Made by a program: the position numbers and the translations under genes | Part shown: in pieces, positions 63,535-64,000 of the stretch | Numbering within the stretch: position 1 is the first letter of the stretch | Layout: the number at the start of each line of letters is the position of its first letter | Notes under the pieces: generated by a model | What the model was told of the DNA's origin: nothing | Seen by the model: the letters and a program-made list of their open reading frames with translations, nothing else | The model's database searches: none | Source of the DNA: Lama guanicoe | Taxonomy: Eukaryota | Length of the DNA: 64,000 nucleotides | Assembly: GCA_013239625.1 (NCBI GenBank) | Contig: MU056262.1 | Location: 4,783,369-4,847,368 of the forward strand | Reading direction: 5' to 3'

Positions 63535-63750
63535 GTAAAAATAACTGAAGTTTATTGATCACCAAACCTATAACCATTATTCTGGTTAAGAGGTTTATAT
63601 TAAGCATACTCTTATTCTGGTATTTTTTTTTTATTTCTACAGATGCAGAAACAGATGTCCAAAGTAATACAAAACTCACTCAAGGTCACTCAGTAAATAA
63701 CTGGCAGAACTGAGATTTAAATGCAAACTCTATGGACTCGCTCTGCATTT
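63535..63750 (-). mobile_element. MIR SINE
   Basis: tacagatgcagaaacaga…caaggtcactcagtaaataactggcagaactgagatttaaa. Confidence 0.8.
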
Positions 63751-64000
63751 CAAAGCAAAAAAGCTGATTTCAGAATATCTTACAAATATGCTTCTTTTCT
63801 TCATTCCATTAGTTCTTCATCCCTGTCTCCCTCCTCCCTCTTTCCCGCTCTTCCTTTTCTTCCTTCCCCTCTTCCTTTTCTAAAACATCGTTCCATGCTG
63901 GTGATCAAAGAAAGAGTTTATATTGTGGATTTAATAAACATCTTTCAAGATAGCCTGGGTTTTCTGTGTGCTGTCAAGAGGAAATAGGCTAAGTGGAGAA

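Overview
AT-rich, CpG-poor mammalian (eutherian) genomic DNA from a draft scaffold with four N-gaps. I see no recognisable protein-coding exon, RNA gene or CpG-island promoter; the ORF track is consistent with chance ORFs, gap read-through and decayed LINE fragments. The window reads as a large intron or gene desert densely filled with old interspersed repeats: MIR, L2, L1M, MaLR/ERVL/ERV1 solo LTRs, and hAT and Tigger MITEs. All family assignments are from recalled consensus sequences, not a database search, so boundaries are approximate. Two short younger L1 3' ends with TSDs, plus the apparent absence of Alu, B1/B2, Bov-tA/BovB, PRE-1 and Can-SINE, suggest a camelid or related cetartiodactyl (inference). 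The most solid structural observations are a 1420-bp apparently identical duplication flanking a gap (probable assembly artefact), a twin-primed 5'-inverted L1 inside a MIR, an L1 whose 5' end is joined directly to a 3' end, a triple MER5 array, and an ERV1 LTR nested in an L1. Unique-sequence islands carry motif clusters (MRE/MTF1, CRE, YY1+ETS) and two speculative exon candidates. I could not support a previously undescribed biological system; the regulatory and exon candidates are hypotheses to test.
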